Of a stretch of 64,000 nt of DNA, positions 12,194-25,108 are shown piece by piece (positions within the stretch are counted from its first letter, which is position 1; each line of letters starts with the position of its first letter). The translations under genes were made by a program, and so were the position numbers. The notes beneath the pieces were generated by a model that was not told where the DNA came from, did not search any database, and saw only the letters and a program-made list of their open reading frames with translations. Origin of the DNA: Squalus acanthias (lineage: Eukaryota); contig CM059431.1 in the NCBI GenBank assembly GCA_030390025.1, forward strand, positions 116,066,001 to 116,130,000, read 5' to 3'.

Positions 12194-14769
12194 AATTGCT
12201 AGGATGTGATTGGTCTGTGGTAATCACATGACTCAATAATATCATGTGGTTGCATGAACCAACTGGCTAAGCCTTTGACAATCTACAAACACATCTATAT
12301 AATCTCTACATTGCTGCAGTAGATAGATGTATTGTCACAGAAACAATCTGGCAAGGATATCTTCATTCTAAATCTACAGATATCAAATTAAGAGCTAATC
12401 TTACTTCTGCTAGAGCACACAAAGGGTCTGGGCTCCCGATTCTCAAGAAGGAAGAACAATCAACAGAGAACAGATGGATCCAGATTTCCAACAAAGATTC
12501 ATTAATATCTAATAATTAGCACAGTAGCACTAAATAAATTACTTATTGGTGACAGCTGAAACAGAGTCCATGCATGCTGTTTTTCCTCACCCTATCCTCC
12601 TGTTCCACAAATTCAATCGTTAACACTTCATCCGCCCTTGCTTGTGTTTGTGTTTGTTGTGCTGGTGCATATAGCCTTTAAAAACCATTTGCTCAGTTCA
12701 GATACAGGTCTGAGCAGCTTTCAACTGTCTACAAAATTATCTGTGATCAACTTACTTGGAAACTATGCACGTGCAAGTAAGTGTGCTGTGTGGAGGGAAC
12801 TGATGACCCAGAATATCGTGTCTTTGCAGGAAGCACTGAGAAGAAATTTTAGCCATTTCACATTAGCTTTCAGTATTTTGACTTCAGACTCGAAAAGCCA
12901 AAGCACTCTGGATAAAATGGAAATCAAGGCTTAGATTATCTATTTCATGTTATCATTTGGGTGGATTTTGCACTGGCAGTTCCACAGCTTTTTTTGGTTG
13001 ATAAGTCACAGATGTCACATTTATTGGCAGTTTGGAGTTATTACTTAACGTTAATGACTGGCAGTATTGCTTACTGCTAGAGTGTTGAGAGCCAATGAAG
13101 CTCAGAATTAAGAGGCAAGGTGGTGGGACAAATGTGCAGTTGCAATTTTGAATGATAAATTTCATCATTATCCACTGTTGGATGATACTGGCACAGTACT
13201 ATTAAAATTGCCCATAGAGACATAATCCACTCCAATTTTGCATGTAGTAAGTGCTGAACACAAACAGTAATATGAAGGTAATTAACCCAAGAGAGGGAAG
13301 AAATTCAAGTTTACATAGTCCTGTGAAGTACCTGCTTGTTACTAAAGGATAGATCTTCCTTCCACTTTTCCCTGTCCTGACACTATACAGTGCATCCAAA
13401 GTATGTTGATGCTGTCTAGCCCCAGGAATGCTGGGATTTTTCCTCAGTAAAAAGGCCTGGGATTTCCCCTCATGTAGACATGCCTCTGATAGGGCCTAGT
13501 GCTGGCACACCAGGGCATCAAATGTGCTGGATGATTGGGACCTTCTGGTTGCCAATGCAGATTAGCAGCTAGTCCGATTGGACATAAAAATTCCAGGGTA
13601 ATTTGAAAAAGAAAAATAAGCCTACCTTGATTTCTTTCAACTGCCCCAGGAACCCTATTTATCCTCTGGGGCAAAAGGTCAAGAGAATTCACCCGAATGT
13701 CTAAGGTGCTTTGAGCTGATAAGACAATTCCTGAATGAAATATATAAGCAATTGCAAAGTGAATGGGTATTTGAGTATTGTTCAAACTGTTTTCCTAATA
13801 GCGATCGAGGCCAACCACTTTAATGCCATTGACTTATTCAACATATCTTTCATGGATTGAACAAGTTACAGTCAGTCTACATTCAGTTAGTTGAATTAAT
13901 TACATCAGTTAATTTAAGAACCTCTAATTAAAAAAGCACGTTATATGTTGACCTGAAGTGAAAGCTAAAGGTCTTTTCATACCATAGGGCACCTCACATC
14001 CTGGAACACAATAAATAATGAGACAATTTTCATTCCAAATAATTTTAACATATTTATGAAAAACAGCAAATACAGACTAGCATTCAAAAATGAAGATTTT
14101 TTGCATGAAATGTGGACAAATGTAAAGATGTGTTTTATTTCATGTGTCATCAGATTACTTCATCTAGATTTGTTCTTTAAAGATAGCAACAGCTCTGCGA
14201 TGTTTGTTATGGCACTAAGGGTGGAGGCTTCAGAATTAGGAAGCTGCCCGGAGTCATGTACTATACAAGACTGGCTCAACATTCTCAGCCATTGGACTGG
14301 TTGATGTCTCATCTGAGACTGGATTTGCAACATCACTAAGGTGCATGAAAGAAGGAATCTCAGAGAAAGTTGTGTCACCAGGCCGAACACTAAGCTGACC
14401 CTTCAGCCATGTCTACAGCTGGTTTGTAAAGTGGTATGCATGCGGTGGATGGTAGTCTCTATTATGGTGAGTCTAGTCTGGATTGGGCTCATTATTTTCC
14501 CCATAACCACATTGTTACCATTTGGGGCTTCTATAGAACTGTTTTCTCTTTCAATGGTCAAGCGTTGGTTCCTGTAAACTGACCTGGTCCACGACAATCT
14601 GGAAATTGCATTTTTTTCAATTTCTGCCCTTACAGAAATATGCAACTGAAGAATGAACAATTCCAATAATCTGTTCATTAGATTTAACGTAGCCTTGCCA
14701 CATAGGTTTATTTGAAATTGTGGTTATTACCACGCTGATCTGAAGTTTACAATAATTTTCTTTACAATT

Positions 14770-16735
14770 AGGTGGAGGGCAGTCTCCTCAATTGGAGGTC
14801 ATCAGCCTTCCACCGTCCATGCTGCAGCCATTGGGGAAGCATCTCGTAGTGAGCACTAGGAGAGGCAAAGGCATATAGAAGAGGCACTAAGGGAATGCAC
14901 AGTTGTAATTAGTTTACTTTTATATGCCTTATGTCATGATGGAATTTATAAATTTGGATTGGAATGTGCTTTTTCTGGTGGTTTTTATTTTTGTGTTGTC
15001 GGAAAAAGGACGATGTGATGGTCAGTGATAGAGGAAAGGTAAGGAGTTTGGGACTGTTGGTGAATGGGGAGGTGTGGTTGAGGTTACTGGTATCACTCAT
15101 TAATTATTTCATCACGTAGTGCCCGGCAGAAAGAGGCTGTCTGCGTTGTAGCCGCCCTTCCTCTTCCTGTTTCCCCACTTCCTGTTGCGCTCCCTCCTCT
15201 TCCTCGTGCTGCTGCTCCTCAGCTTCTCACCTGATAGGTGGTGGCAAGGGCTGTTCTCTCAAGATGGCCAGGTTGTGCAGCATGCACCATACTACCACAA
15301 ATCTTGATACCCGCTCAGCCGAGTACTGCAGGGCTCCTCCAGGGGGTCCAGGCAGCAGAAGCGTTGCTTGAGGACGCCAATGGTGTGCTCCATAATGTTC
15401 CTTGTGGCAGCATGGCTCTCATTGTAGGCTTGTTGTGCACATGTGCGAGAGTCCCGGACCAGAGTCATGAGCCATGTCATAAGTGGATTACCCTTGTCAC
15501 CCAGTATCCACCCTTTGTCTTGCCGTGGTGGGTCACATATAGGTGGCACAGAGGACTGCCACGGAATGAAGGAATTGTGACTACTGCCTGGATAAATGGC
15601 ATTCACCTGCATGATTCACTGCCTGTGGTCACATACCAGTTGCACATTGAGGAAGTGGGATCCCTTTCAGTTCATGAAAATAGCAGAGTTCACATGAGGT
15701 GCACACAAGACAATGTGCGTGTACTCAATGGCACCCTGCACCATAGGGAAGCCTGCAATCCATGCAAACCATCATGCTCGCTCCGCCTACTTGTCTCTGG
15801 TAAGAGGGGATTAGATGAAGCTGTCTCTCTGTGTATAGAGAGACTCAGTAACCTCCCTTATGCAGCAGTGTACTGCAAACTGTGAGATGTTGCTTATATC
15901 TCCAGCAGCAGTCTGGAAGGAGCCAGATTCATAAAAGTTAAGAGCCACAGTCACCTTGACAGCCACAGGCAATGCTATCCTTACCCTGCTTTGAGGTTGC
16001 AGTTGTGGCTGTAGCAGTTGGCAGATTTTAGTAATGGCCTCTTTAGTGAAGTGAAGATGTCTCAAGCATTGGTCCTCGCTGAAGTTGAGGTAAGAGAATT
16101 GCTCCCTAAAGACCCTCTGCAAATATGACCTCCCGCTGAGAGCCCTTCTCCCCCCCCCTCCTCCCTCTTCTAGCAGCTTGTCCTGCTCTGCGTGGCCTCT
16201 CTTCATTCTTCCAGTCATGCTCAATTACAAGAAGATGGCCTACCAGGTCACCCATGTCTTAAAGCAACTTGTTTCAGCACAAGCTTTTAAATGAACAATA
16301 CTTCAGCACCAGCCAGACCACTCCCTGTAGATTATTCAAACTTTAGGCAAGAATAGGAAAGCTCCAAAAACGTGTACTCTTGCACCAGCAGCCAGAAGAA
16401 ATAGTCCAAATCTAACCTGTAATTAGTTCATGACCCCTGGCAGGGGTCCTTCATGCCGTTTATTGTTATATTCAGCTGTGTGAGGTTAAAACAGGGTGTA
16501 GGCTGAAGTGTGGCATTTGAAAATGCCAACATTAGCATCAAATGAGCATTACACACTGACGTCATAATCTGCATGCTGCCAGCGGTCATTAGTTGCTCGC
16601 ATGTAAACCGCTTTATCAAGATGGCGTCCGGCCCACCTCCCGCGTGTGTGCACATCTCGGACGGCATCTTCACGCATTAGGAAGCCGGGGTAGCACCTAA
16701 AAAAACTGGTGCTACAGAGCCCAATTTCTCCCCCA
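14770..16735 (-). mobile_element. PIF/Harbinger DNA transposon, truncated on the left
   Basis: Transposase pseudogene on minus strand; right terminus ...CCCAATTTCTCCCC resembles the GGG..AATT/ATTT TIRs of local MITEs. Confidence 0.8.
15100..16255 (-). pseudogene. Harbinger (HARBI1-like) DDE transposase, disrupted
   Basis: LPVAVKVTVALNFYESGSFQ..GDISNISQ, YPGSSHNSFI, WILGDKG, YNESHAATRNIMEHTIGVLKQRF; several stops/frameshifts. Confidence 0.9.
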
Positions 16736-18409
16736 CTGTCCTTTCAAGAAGTCGGATGATAATGTTGTTAGAATTAATTGTCACTGTGGCAAAAAATGTC
16801 ACTTTCTGCTTTTAAGCTGTCTGTTATTTATTGCTTAAATTTGTGCTTTGGTTGTCCTATAAATGTTTCACAGAGCTTATGGAACATGCTAGTGAAGATT
16901 TTACAGGTGTTGTCAATATTTTCCTAAAGGTCATCGAGACTGTAACAGGTATCAGCATATTTTGGACAACATGGTAAGGGCTATCCAGTGGATATAGTTT
17001 ACTTGGTTTTTCAGATGGCATTTGATAAAAGTTCTGCACCTTAACATTTAAAGAAGACAGAGACCCATGGGATGAGTAACAAATTAGCCAGTTGAATAAA
17101 ATGAGCTTGGCAATGGAAAGCCGAAGAAGCTAGCAAATGGATAAAACTCTGCCTGGGGACAGTGATTAGAAGAGTTTACAAGAGTCTACTTTGGCTCCCT
17201 GTTCATAAATAACATGGAGAAAGGTACTTCTAGCAATACTATAAAACGATGTTGAAGGCACAAAGGTATTTGGCTAGCAGTTTAAACAGATAGTTTGAAG
17301 AATGGGCAAAGGAATGAAATGGTGGTTAAATGTAAGGTAAAGCACATGTGCACATGGCTGGATGTCAATTGTCAAAAGTAGAAAAACTATGTGGTTTGAG
17401 TGCAATTACCAACCATTCACTTGAAATATCTAGTGATATGATCCTATTATCATTAAGGATTTAATCTAACTATTTTGTTTCATTATGTGGATACAACTTA
17501 AATGAGAAAAGTACATCTTGGTCTATTTGGTCAGCTTGGCTTTGTCTTAATATCTCAGCATAAAGATGAAAGTGAGGTACAATACTTTAAAAACTGAAGT
17601 ACATTGTGCCACTCCAGAATTAGAATCTAGGTTAGAGTCTTTGATTCCCCAGTGGTGACTTCCCAATGGTAGCTCCGAGTAGAGAGCTACTTAATAGTTT
17701 TGTTAAAGGCCTGACACTGGGTCCACAGTCTGTCCTATTAGTTATTAAAGCTGTCTGGCGCAAAAAGACTTCAGGAAAAGAACAAAAGGAAAGATAATAA
17801 TCAACAAGCAGAAAAGAAAGTTTCTTACATTTTCTTTGAAAATGGCAAAACTGCAGATTTTCCATTTTCTAACCATGTTACTTCTACCCTGCCATGGACG
17901 AGAGGTCAGGAGTCTGTTCTATGAGGAAGGCTGTGAGATCTAGAAATGATGGGGAAAGGAAGTTAGTTAGAGAAATAATGATGGGGGATTGCCCAGTTAG
18001 GAAAACCATCTGAGGGTCATGTCAGTGCATCATTTTAGTGAGATGTTCACTTCGAGATGCCTTTGTGATGAAAGGGACTTGAAGAAATCCACTGGAATTA
18101 GTGATGGTGAGTGGTGCAATCAAATGAATTTGCTAAGTGGCTAGTAGAAAGGTGACCACTTTCGGAAGTCTGCAGACACATGGAAACTTAACAAGGAAAA
18201 CTATTTTGTCAGAAAACTTGCAGAATCATCAAAATGTCTTATTTGTTTACGCAGTGCTTCGACTGTCCGTACACTACACGAGGGAGTGATTTTCTGAGCT
18301 TGTGCTGCTTCATGAGGTCTGTACTTCAGGAAATTATGGGCATACTGCCACGATTTTCAGTCCATTAAGGTGAAATTGTTTATTATTCACTGCCCAGTTG
18401 ATCTGTCTC

Positions 18410-18960
18410 TGTAGATTTCTTTCAACAACATCCTGGTTCTCGGAATATCTTACCGTATAAATTTGTGTCATCCATTATAAAGTTAAACATTCCATCTACA
18501 ACATCTTTGCCAAGGCCATTAATAAATATGAATACCAGGGGTTACAGGGCCAATCCCTGCAAGACTTCACTGGTCACTCCTTTCCAATTAGAATTATTAC
18601 CATTCATAACTATCCTCTCTTTCATATTATCTAGTAATTAATGTTCCAATTCATATGCTGATATTGAATTACATGAACTTTCACATTACCAATATTTCTT
18701 GTACGGCAAAAAGAAATGCATTACCTTCACCTCATCCGCTGTTACATTCTAAAAGAATTCTATCAAATTATTCAGTGCAACCTGCTTTCACAATTTCACG
18801 TTGATTTGGAATTTTCACACTTTACTCAAGAATGTTACCAACACCTTTCATAATAAAAACTGTTGAGAAGGAGTCATTTAAAAATTCGCACTTTCCCTCC
18901 TTATCTCACTCCTCCAATCCTTAAAGAACCATACTTGTTCTTTAATACTTTTCTTGTTAT
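18410..18960 (-). mobile_element. Highly degenerate CR1 RT fragment
   Basis: AATTTGTGTCATCC (antisense of DDTN) and CAGGGCCAATCCCTGCAAGACTTCACTGGTCAC (antisense of VTS..QG..LG region). Confidence 0.55.
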
Positions 18961-19629
18961 GGAAACACACAAAGATTCTTTTTGATTTCCTCTTAAGTAA
19001 TTAACACTTGTTTTACCTTAAAACCTAGATTTAGGATACAAGACACTGATCCAAAGTTAGATGGCCAGTCCTATGGATTTTACAAATAGCTTGATAAGAA
19101 GAATTTGTGTTGAGCCTTGCAGTGTAAAATAATGCCTCAAAATTGATTTATTAGAGCGATTAAAAAAAAAAGACATTTCAAAGAGGTTAATTTTAAGAGG
19201 AAAAGGATTTTGGAAACAGAGTTGTAGATTCAAGTTAAAGACTTGAGTTGGTTTTGGTTCAAATGGAACTATGCTCGAATATTCCTTTCCTTCCCTATAT
19301 ACTTGCCATTAGGATATGCCTTTTAGGGATCACACATTATTAGCTAATAGCTCAAAAACAGGAATGAGTATGTTTAAAACAATGAAAGTGAGCCCATAAA
19401 CCCTATTCAATGTGTGCCTTGGTATCCTCTACATTCTAGAAGCAGCATTAATGTGCCAAGGTCTACCCAACAAAGGCGGAAGTTATGTCTCAATCATTGG
19501 GGGAGGGGAAGTGATGTTAAACTAGATTGTTAATTTCTGGATATATTAAACCAAGCTGGATATATTATTCACTCTAGCTCAAATGTAAGTATGTAGTTTG
19601 GCACACAAAAGAGCAATTTGTGAAAATGG

Positions 19630-19960
19630 ACGGCACAATGGGTTTGAATACTGATCTTTAACCTCTGGGACCTGAGTTTACTTCCAGCCCACACTGATTG
19701 AATAAAAGACTCTTCGGTTTGCTGCTTCTAAAGTTACTATGTGAAATCAGTATGGGGAGTGTCAATCTAGTTCTTAGTGGGCATAGTCTCTCAACACAGA
19801 AATGCCGCTAATTTAACATTATCGGCAACCTCATCTATAGTCCACAGCATGGCTGGTGTGGAAAAAATAATGCAATGTGTGCAGTAGGGTATGCTCGTCT
19901 AAGGTTGAGGTAAGTTGTTGGGGCAGAGCAGAGGGAGCTTTACTCTCCATTTAGGATTGC
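19630..19960 (+). mobile_element. Ancient LF-SINE-like element
   Basis: tRNA-like head (CCTCTGGGACCTGAGTTTACTTCCAGCCC), CTATGTGAAAT..TCAATCTAGTTCTTAGTGGGCA and AGGTTGAGG..GGGCAG..GGGAGCTTTACT blocks resemble the LF-SINE consensus as I recall it. Confidence 0.55.
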
Positions 19961-20104
19961 TTGATGAGCACCCTGCATGTATGAAATTCAAGTTTTCCAT
20001 TCCCTAGCACTATTATCCTTCACCATGAGGATGACTAAAAAATGTACATTTAAAATAAGTGAAACATGAGCGATCCAAGCACCAAGACACACATTTTGGG
20101 GGGA

Positions 20105-20322
20105 TTACATAGAATTTACAGCACAGAAACAGGCCATTTGGCCCAACTGGTCTATGCCGGTGTTTATGCTCCACATGGCCTCCTCCCACCCTACTTCATC
20201 TAACCCTACCAGCATAACCTTCAAATTGTTTCTCCCTCATGTACTTATCTAGCTTCCCTTAAATACATCTATGCTGTTTGCCTCAATTACTCCTTGAGGT
20301 AGCGAGTTCCACATTCTAACCA
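20105..20322 (-). mobile_element. CR1 3'-end fragment
   Basis: ACAGCACAGAAACAGGCCATT..; same family as 54286-54858. Confidence 0.75.
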
Positions 20323-21089
20323 TAAAGTTCAATACTTTTATATTTTAAACAATTATATGGTTCAGTATCAAAGGTACTTGAGCCATTCCTCTGGATGACA
20401 GACTTCTGCACTCACTTTGCCTCAGGTTAAATTTATTGGTCTAGAAAAATTTGATGGCGCCACGTCCAATTTTAAGGCGTGAAATGGGCAGCTAGTTGTC
20501 CAATATGGTGGGCAACGCACACGTGCCCTTTAAAATATGAAACAGTTGATACAAATAGTGCGACAAAAACATGATAACAGGAAGTCAAATTGTGTCGAGA
20601 GGATGCCCATTAGTCATAAACACCAGAAATTTCCTTGGGTGTTCTCCTGATTGGCTCCCGTAAGTTCTTTGGAAAATCGTCAAAAATCCCGGATAAACCG
20701 CGTAAATAAGGTTTCTGTGTCAAAGTTCCGTCGGCTGATCAGGAGAACCCTGAAGGAAAATCCAGGCAAAAAGTCCTAAAAGATATACATAGATATAGAT
20801 GTTTGCACAATATTTAGTTTTACTCACCAGCACAAACCGTTCTTTTTATTCCTAATTTCCTATTCTTTTACTTAATGGTCATCTACCCTTAGGATGATTG
20901 ACAGGTAAGTAAGTCATTTTAAGGGCACCGGAAAGCCAACAAAATTTATTTTTCTCCTCAATTGCCTCAGAGCTGCGAGCAGTTCTACTCCGTGTTCCTT
21001 ATTCCACAGTGACTGAGCTGCTGAAAAAATAAGGGGAGCGGACAGCTAGGTGGATTCTGTATCCAAGGAGTGAGTTATGGAAAAAAACT

Positions 21090-22173
21090 GGGGTAGATTT
21101 TCACCTTCACGGCTTGGGCATTAAGCGTTGGCTGGGTGGAGTACAGGAAGGAAAAACCGGTGGGGAGGATAACATGGGGCTGGATTTTGTGAATGGAGGT
21201 GCGTTGGGGACGGGACTGCTGGTTTTCGGGTTTTAGTCTCGCCCCCAACGACGTCTGGCCAACCCACGCTATTTTCCCTTGATTGACCTTGTTAAGCCCG
21301 CCTACCGGCCAATTAAGGGAAAGCCGGTGACAGAGGATGTCAGCGTATGACGTTTCATCTGTCAAAAAAATTTTGACAGATGAATTGTCAGCGTTTGACA
21401 GCTTTGAGAAGCTGTCAAACACTGACAATCTCTGTTCCAAGGTGAGCCCTTGCACAGAAGGCACACCAAAACCTCTCTCCTCAGCAGAAAGCAGATGGCT
21501 GCTGCATCTGAGAATGCAGCAGCCATTCTGTCATCTCTGCCGTTGAGAAGAGACACCTCCGGATCCCCAAGGGTTGAAGCCTGCAGGAAGAAGCAAAGGT
21601 AAGTAAACTTTTTCCAACACTTTACACTCACCTCTCATACTTACCTCTCCACACTTGCACCCATCACTCACCTCTACAGTGGACTTTTCGACCCGTCTCA
21701 CCCCCGCAGACCCACTGCTCACCTCGCTGACCCTGGTGAGGTTTGCAGCCATCGGGAAGCCCGCACTTGCAAGCATAAAATGGTGAAAAGCCTCAAAACT
21801 GCCTGTTCACTACCTGTTAACAAGCAGTTAATTGGCTCTAATCCCCTTCCCGCCTCGAGGAGACGGATCCCTGCGCGAGTCGGGGACCCGCCTCCCGGGA
21901 AGATGGCACGGAGGCAGGTTGGTGGGGTCAGTACCCGTTCCCAGTTTCTGCCATTTTCCCGGCAGTCCCGACTCCATACCTGCTTCCCCAGGCCTGGGAA
22001 AATGCCCCCCATGTTCTCCACAGAACTGGGCAGATTTTTCTTCCATTAATTAAATGGAAGGAAAATGAGATGGGTGCTGTTCCTAGCGTACTGTCCTCCC
22101 CGCTAGGTTTTCCTATCTGTGCTCCACCCAGGTGATACTTAACACCCAGGCAAAAAAGACAAAGATCTACCCC
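21090..22173. mobile_element. Harbinger-type MITE (outer)
   Basis: TIR GGGGTAGATTTT / AAAGATCTACCCC; 3-bp TSD ACT (21087-21089, 22174-22176). Confidence 0.8.
21176..22009. mobile_element. Harbinger-type non-autonomous element nested in the previous MITE
   Basis: Termini GGGGCTGGATTTT / AAAATGCCCCC; TSD CAT (21173-21175, 22010-22012). Confidence 0.75.
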
Positions 22174-22731
22174 ACTGATTTAAATAAGGAAATTATTTGA
22201 ATCACAGCTTCTTCCTTTCTGTTGCAACCAAAAGTCAGTCCAGGATTTTGATGCTCCAGTTAGCTGCTGAAAGAAAAATAGATGACTATAATCCCAGCCT
22301 TTTATGTAGCTTCTGTGGTGTAACAGTTTGAAATGCTTGAGTAGTTTGAGTTGAACTGCCTTACTTAATTGTGCATGGAATCTACCTAATTGCGTGTATT
22401 GTGGAGATTGCTTCCAGTATAGTGTTACCCTGTCTTCTAACATGACATATGGGCCTAGATGTGCATAGCAATAACCTGATCTTCTTTTAGCCAACTGTGT
22501 CCAGCAGTTCATTTCAATTTGGTATTAAGGGTTTTCAAATTGCATGCAAAAGAATATTAGCATAGAAGCTATTTTATTGCTGATGCCTTTGTTAAAGTCA
22601 CAGACAAAGGAGTTCCATCACACACTAATATTCTCACCGTGTAGTTTCATGACCAAAGAGGAGTTGGGGGCCTTCAGGACTCCTGTTGGACAAGCTTAGA
22701 CATTGGTTCAAAATATCTTAATAATTTCATT

Positions 22732-23387
22732 GGAGGGAATTTTGACCTAAAAAAAAAACAGGTGAGTTTGGAGCGTGGGGGTAGTTAAATTGTTAAAAAT
22801 CGGATTCCCGACCTGAACCCATCTCCAACCCGTCCACTTCTGGTTTTAACGGAGGTGGGATGGGGGCGGGGCGGAGGTAGCCAGCCAACCCGCTCCCAGG
22901 AGGCGGGATGTCAATTTAAATATTATAATGAGGCTGGAAGCCTTCTTTTATTTTTCAACCTCCATTTTGTTTTTAACTCTATCTGGACGGGTTTTACACA
23001 CTTCATAAAACCCGGCAGTTACAGCAAGGCGGGGACTATTGCATCCAGGAGGTAAGTGCCTTTATACCAACCTCCTGGATCCAGGGTCCCTGCCTAGCCC
23101 AGTCCCCATGATCGGAAACCCCCTCACGAGGCCTCCGATTGCCTTACCGGGCCCACCCTCCACGATAATCCTGAGGCCAGCCACGATCCTCTGGTGGCCG
23201 GCCCCAAAGTGTTCTTCCCTCCCTTCCCACCCCCCCCAACCCCCGTCAACCAGGTCCTGCGACGTGCTGTTAAAGTCGGCCGGGCCTGCGGGAAACCCGT
23301 TCTCCCGGGTTTCCCGCCTGCATCGGAGCACCCCCCACCCCACCCCACCCCACCCCCTAACTCGCAACCCCCATGAAAATCCAGGCC
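22732..23387. mobile_element. Harbinger-type MITE
   Basis: Imperfect termini GGAGGGAATTTT / AAAATCCAGGCC; TSD ATT on both sides. Confidence 0.7.
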
Positions 23388-23566
23388 ATTGTTTCTATAC
23401 TTTTCACGTGTCTGTACATATTGGAAAATATGCAGAAAAAGCACCACAGAAAATCAACAGCCTTGAATTGGAAAGAGAAGGGGTGGGCATAACCTATGCT
23501 AAGCACAAAATATAAATGATTGAGAATTTTTTGCACAACTCATTAAAACCTTGTTCTAAAAATAAC

Positions 23567-24163
23567 GGGGGAAAAATTCAGTTGCTTTGCGCCTCCCGTT
23601 AGCGCCCTAGGCGTTAACAGGGTGCAAAGCAACTTGCGCCCGGGCGCAGCGCCGCCAATGCCTCCCGCGAATTTCAGCGGAGGTTAGCGGCGGCGGTAAC
23701 CGTTAGCGCCCCATGGCGCTACGCTGCCGGCAATGACGTCATCGCCGTGCGCAGCGCCCCGCTCGCGCCCCAGCTGCGATCTTCGGTAGTGCCGCCTGAC
23801 TTACCGCCGGACACTATGTCTGACGGGGTCAGGGGGGCCTACCTGCGGTTGGGGTGGCGCTAATTAAAGGCAAGGTGCCGGGCGGCCATTTTTGTTGCTG
23901 GCCGCCTGCCAGCACCTGCCCCCGTTGCCGTCCCCGGCCTCTTCTGCAGCTCCCCCACAGAGTGCCGGCTGCGCTCCGTGAGCCCGGCACTTCTCTTGAG
24001 TGCCGGGCTCTTTTGTCATCACTCCGATCCCAGGTGGCCCAGCTGGGCCCCGGGTCATGCTGCGCAAGGCCCCTCCCCTTTAAGAAGGGGAAGAAGGACT
24101 GCAGTACCGTGGCCCCCCGGCGAAGTTAGTGCCCCAAAGGGGGCGCGACTCAATTTTTCCTCC
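23567..24163. mobile_element. CpG-rich Harbinger-type MITE
   Basis: TIR GGGGGAAAAATTCAGTTGC / GCGACTCAATTTTTCCTCC; sharp GC/CpG step against AT-rich flanks; TSD not clean. Confidence 0.7.
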
Positions 24164-25108
24164 AGAGACTTTTGCCGTAAACTACAAATGCTACATGGGC
24201 CATGGAACAGACGAACAATATTCACTTTGAGGTTTGGCAAATGTGCATTTTGCTTCATGTATTGTAGTTTGTAGATATCCCTTTAATAATGTTTTGTCAC
24301 AACGCCTAGTGCAAATATTTGATGTAAGATGTCCCAGTTGTGCAGCCGGCTGAAATGTGAATGGTGAGTTTTCCGTTTGAGCTGAGCCTTCTGTGGAAAA
24401 ACTCCAAGCAATAAAAAAGCACTGCTGAGTTAGCCCATCTTGCCCTCCTGCATTTCCTAGGGGTCAATTCAAAGTACAGTAGTACAGGTGGAAACCTGAG
24501 TTGCCTCTCCCAACTCTTCATTGAGGAATGAGTGTTTCGGAGAAGTAAACTAAATGGGTGTGAGAAAATGAACTAGAGTAAAAGAATAAAATGCCCATAT
24601 TTGATATGGGGTTGATTATAATCTTCACCAGGTCATTCAATGATCGCAATACCTTTAAAACCACTTTGAGAACTCACATGGAATAATTTTGAGGATTTGA
24701 CCAATTCTAGAATGAGCATTTGATGTGTGCTAGCAATACAGAGTACAAGTTAAAGGAAAAGAGTAACTGTTCTCATCACTATAGATCTATTTCTTTAATA
24801 TTTTGCTTTAGTGCCTTGATGTCAATCAATACTTTGATGTATTTCTTTTATCAATGTGAACTCCAGATTGGAAGTTGTTAAATTAAATGTTGTGGTAGCC
24901 CATAGCCCTTACTTTGTTTAATTTCAAGTTTGAAACTTTTCATTTTCATTGTGGCCTTGGGGAAATTATATTATTGGTGTAATATTGGCCAAGACAGCAA
25001 GGTTACTGTTGACTCTTTATGATTAATGCAGTGGGTGGTTTATATCATACAAAGGACAGTGCCTCCAGTGGTGCAGCATTTCCTTCACACTGCACTGAGG
25101 GTTACATT

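Noticed and set aside
14160..14222. LDLFFK...FVMAL resembling the end of the VAV PH domain
   Set aside because: Lacks the invariant Trp and correct spacing; no convincing splice signals
15238..15885. 215-aa + strand ORF
   Set aside because: Antisense shadow of the Harbinger transposase pseudogene
23567..24163. CpG island suggesting a promoter
   Set aside because: Exactly bounded by terminal inverted repeats; better explained as a young MITE
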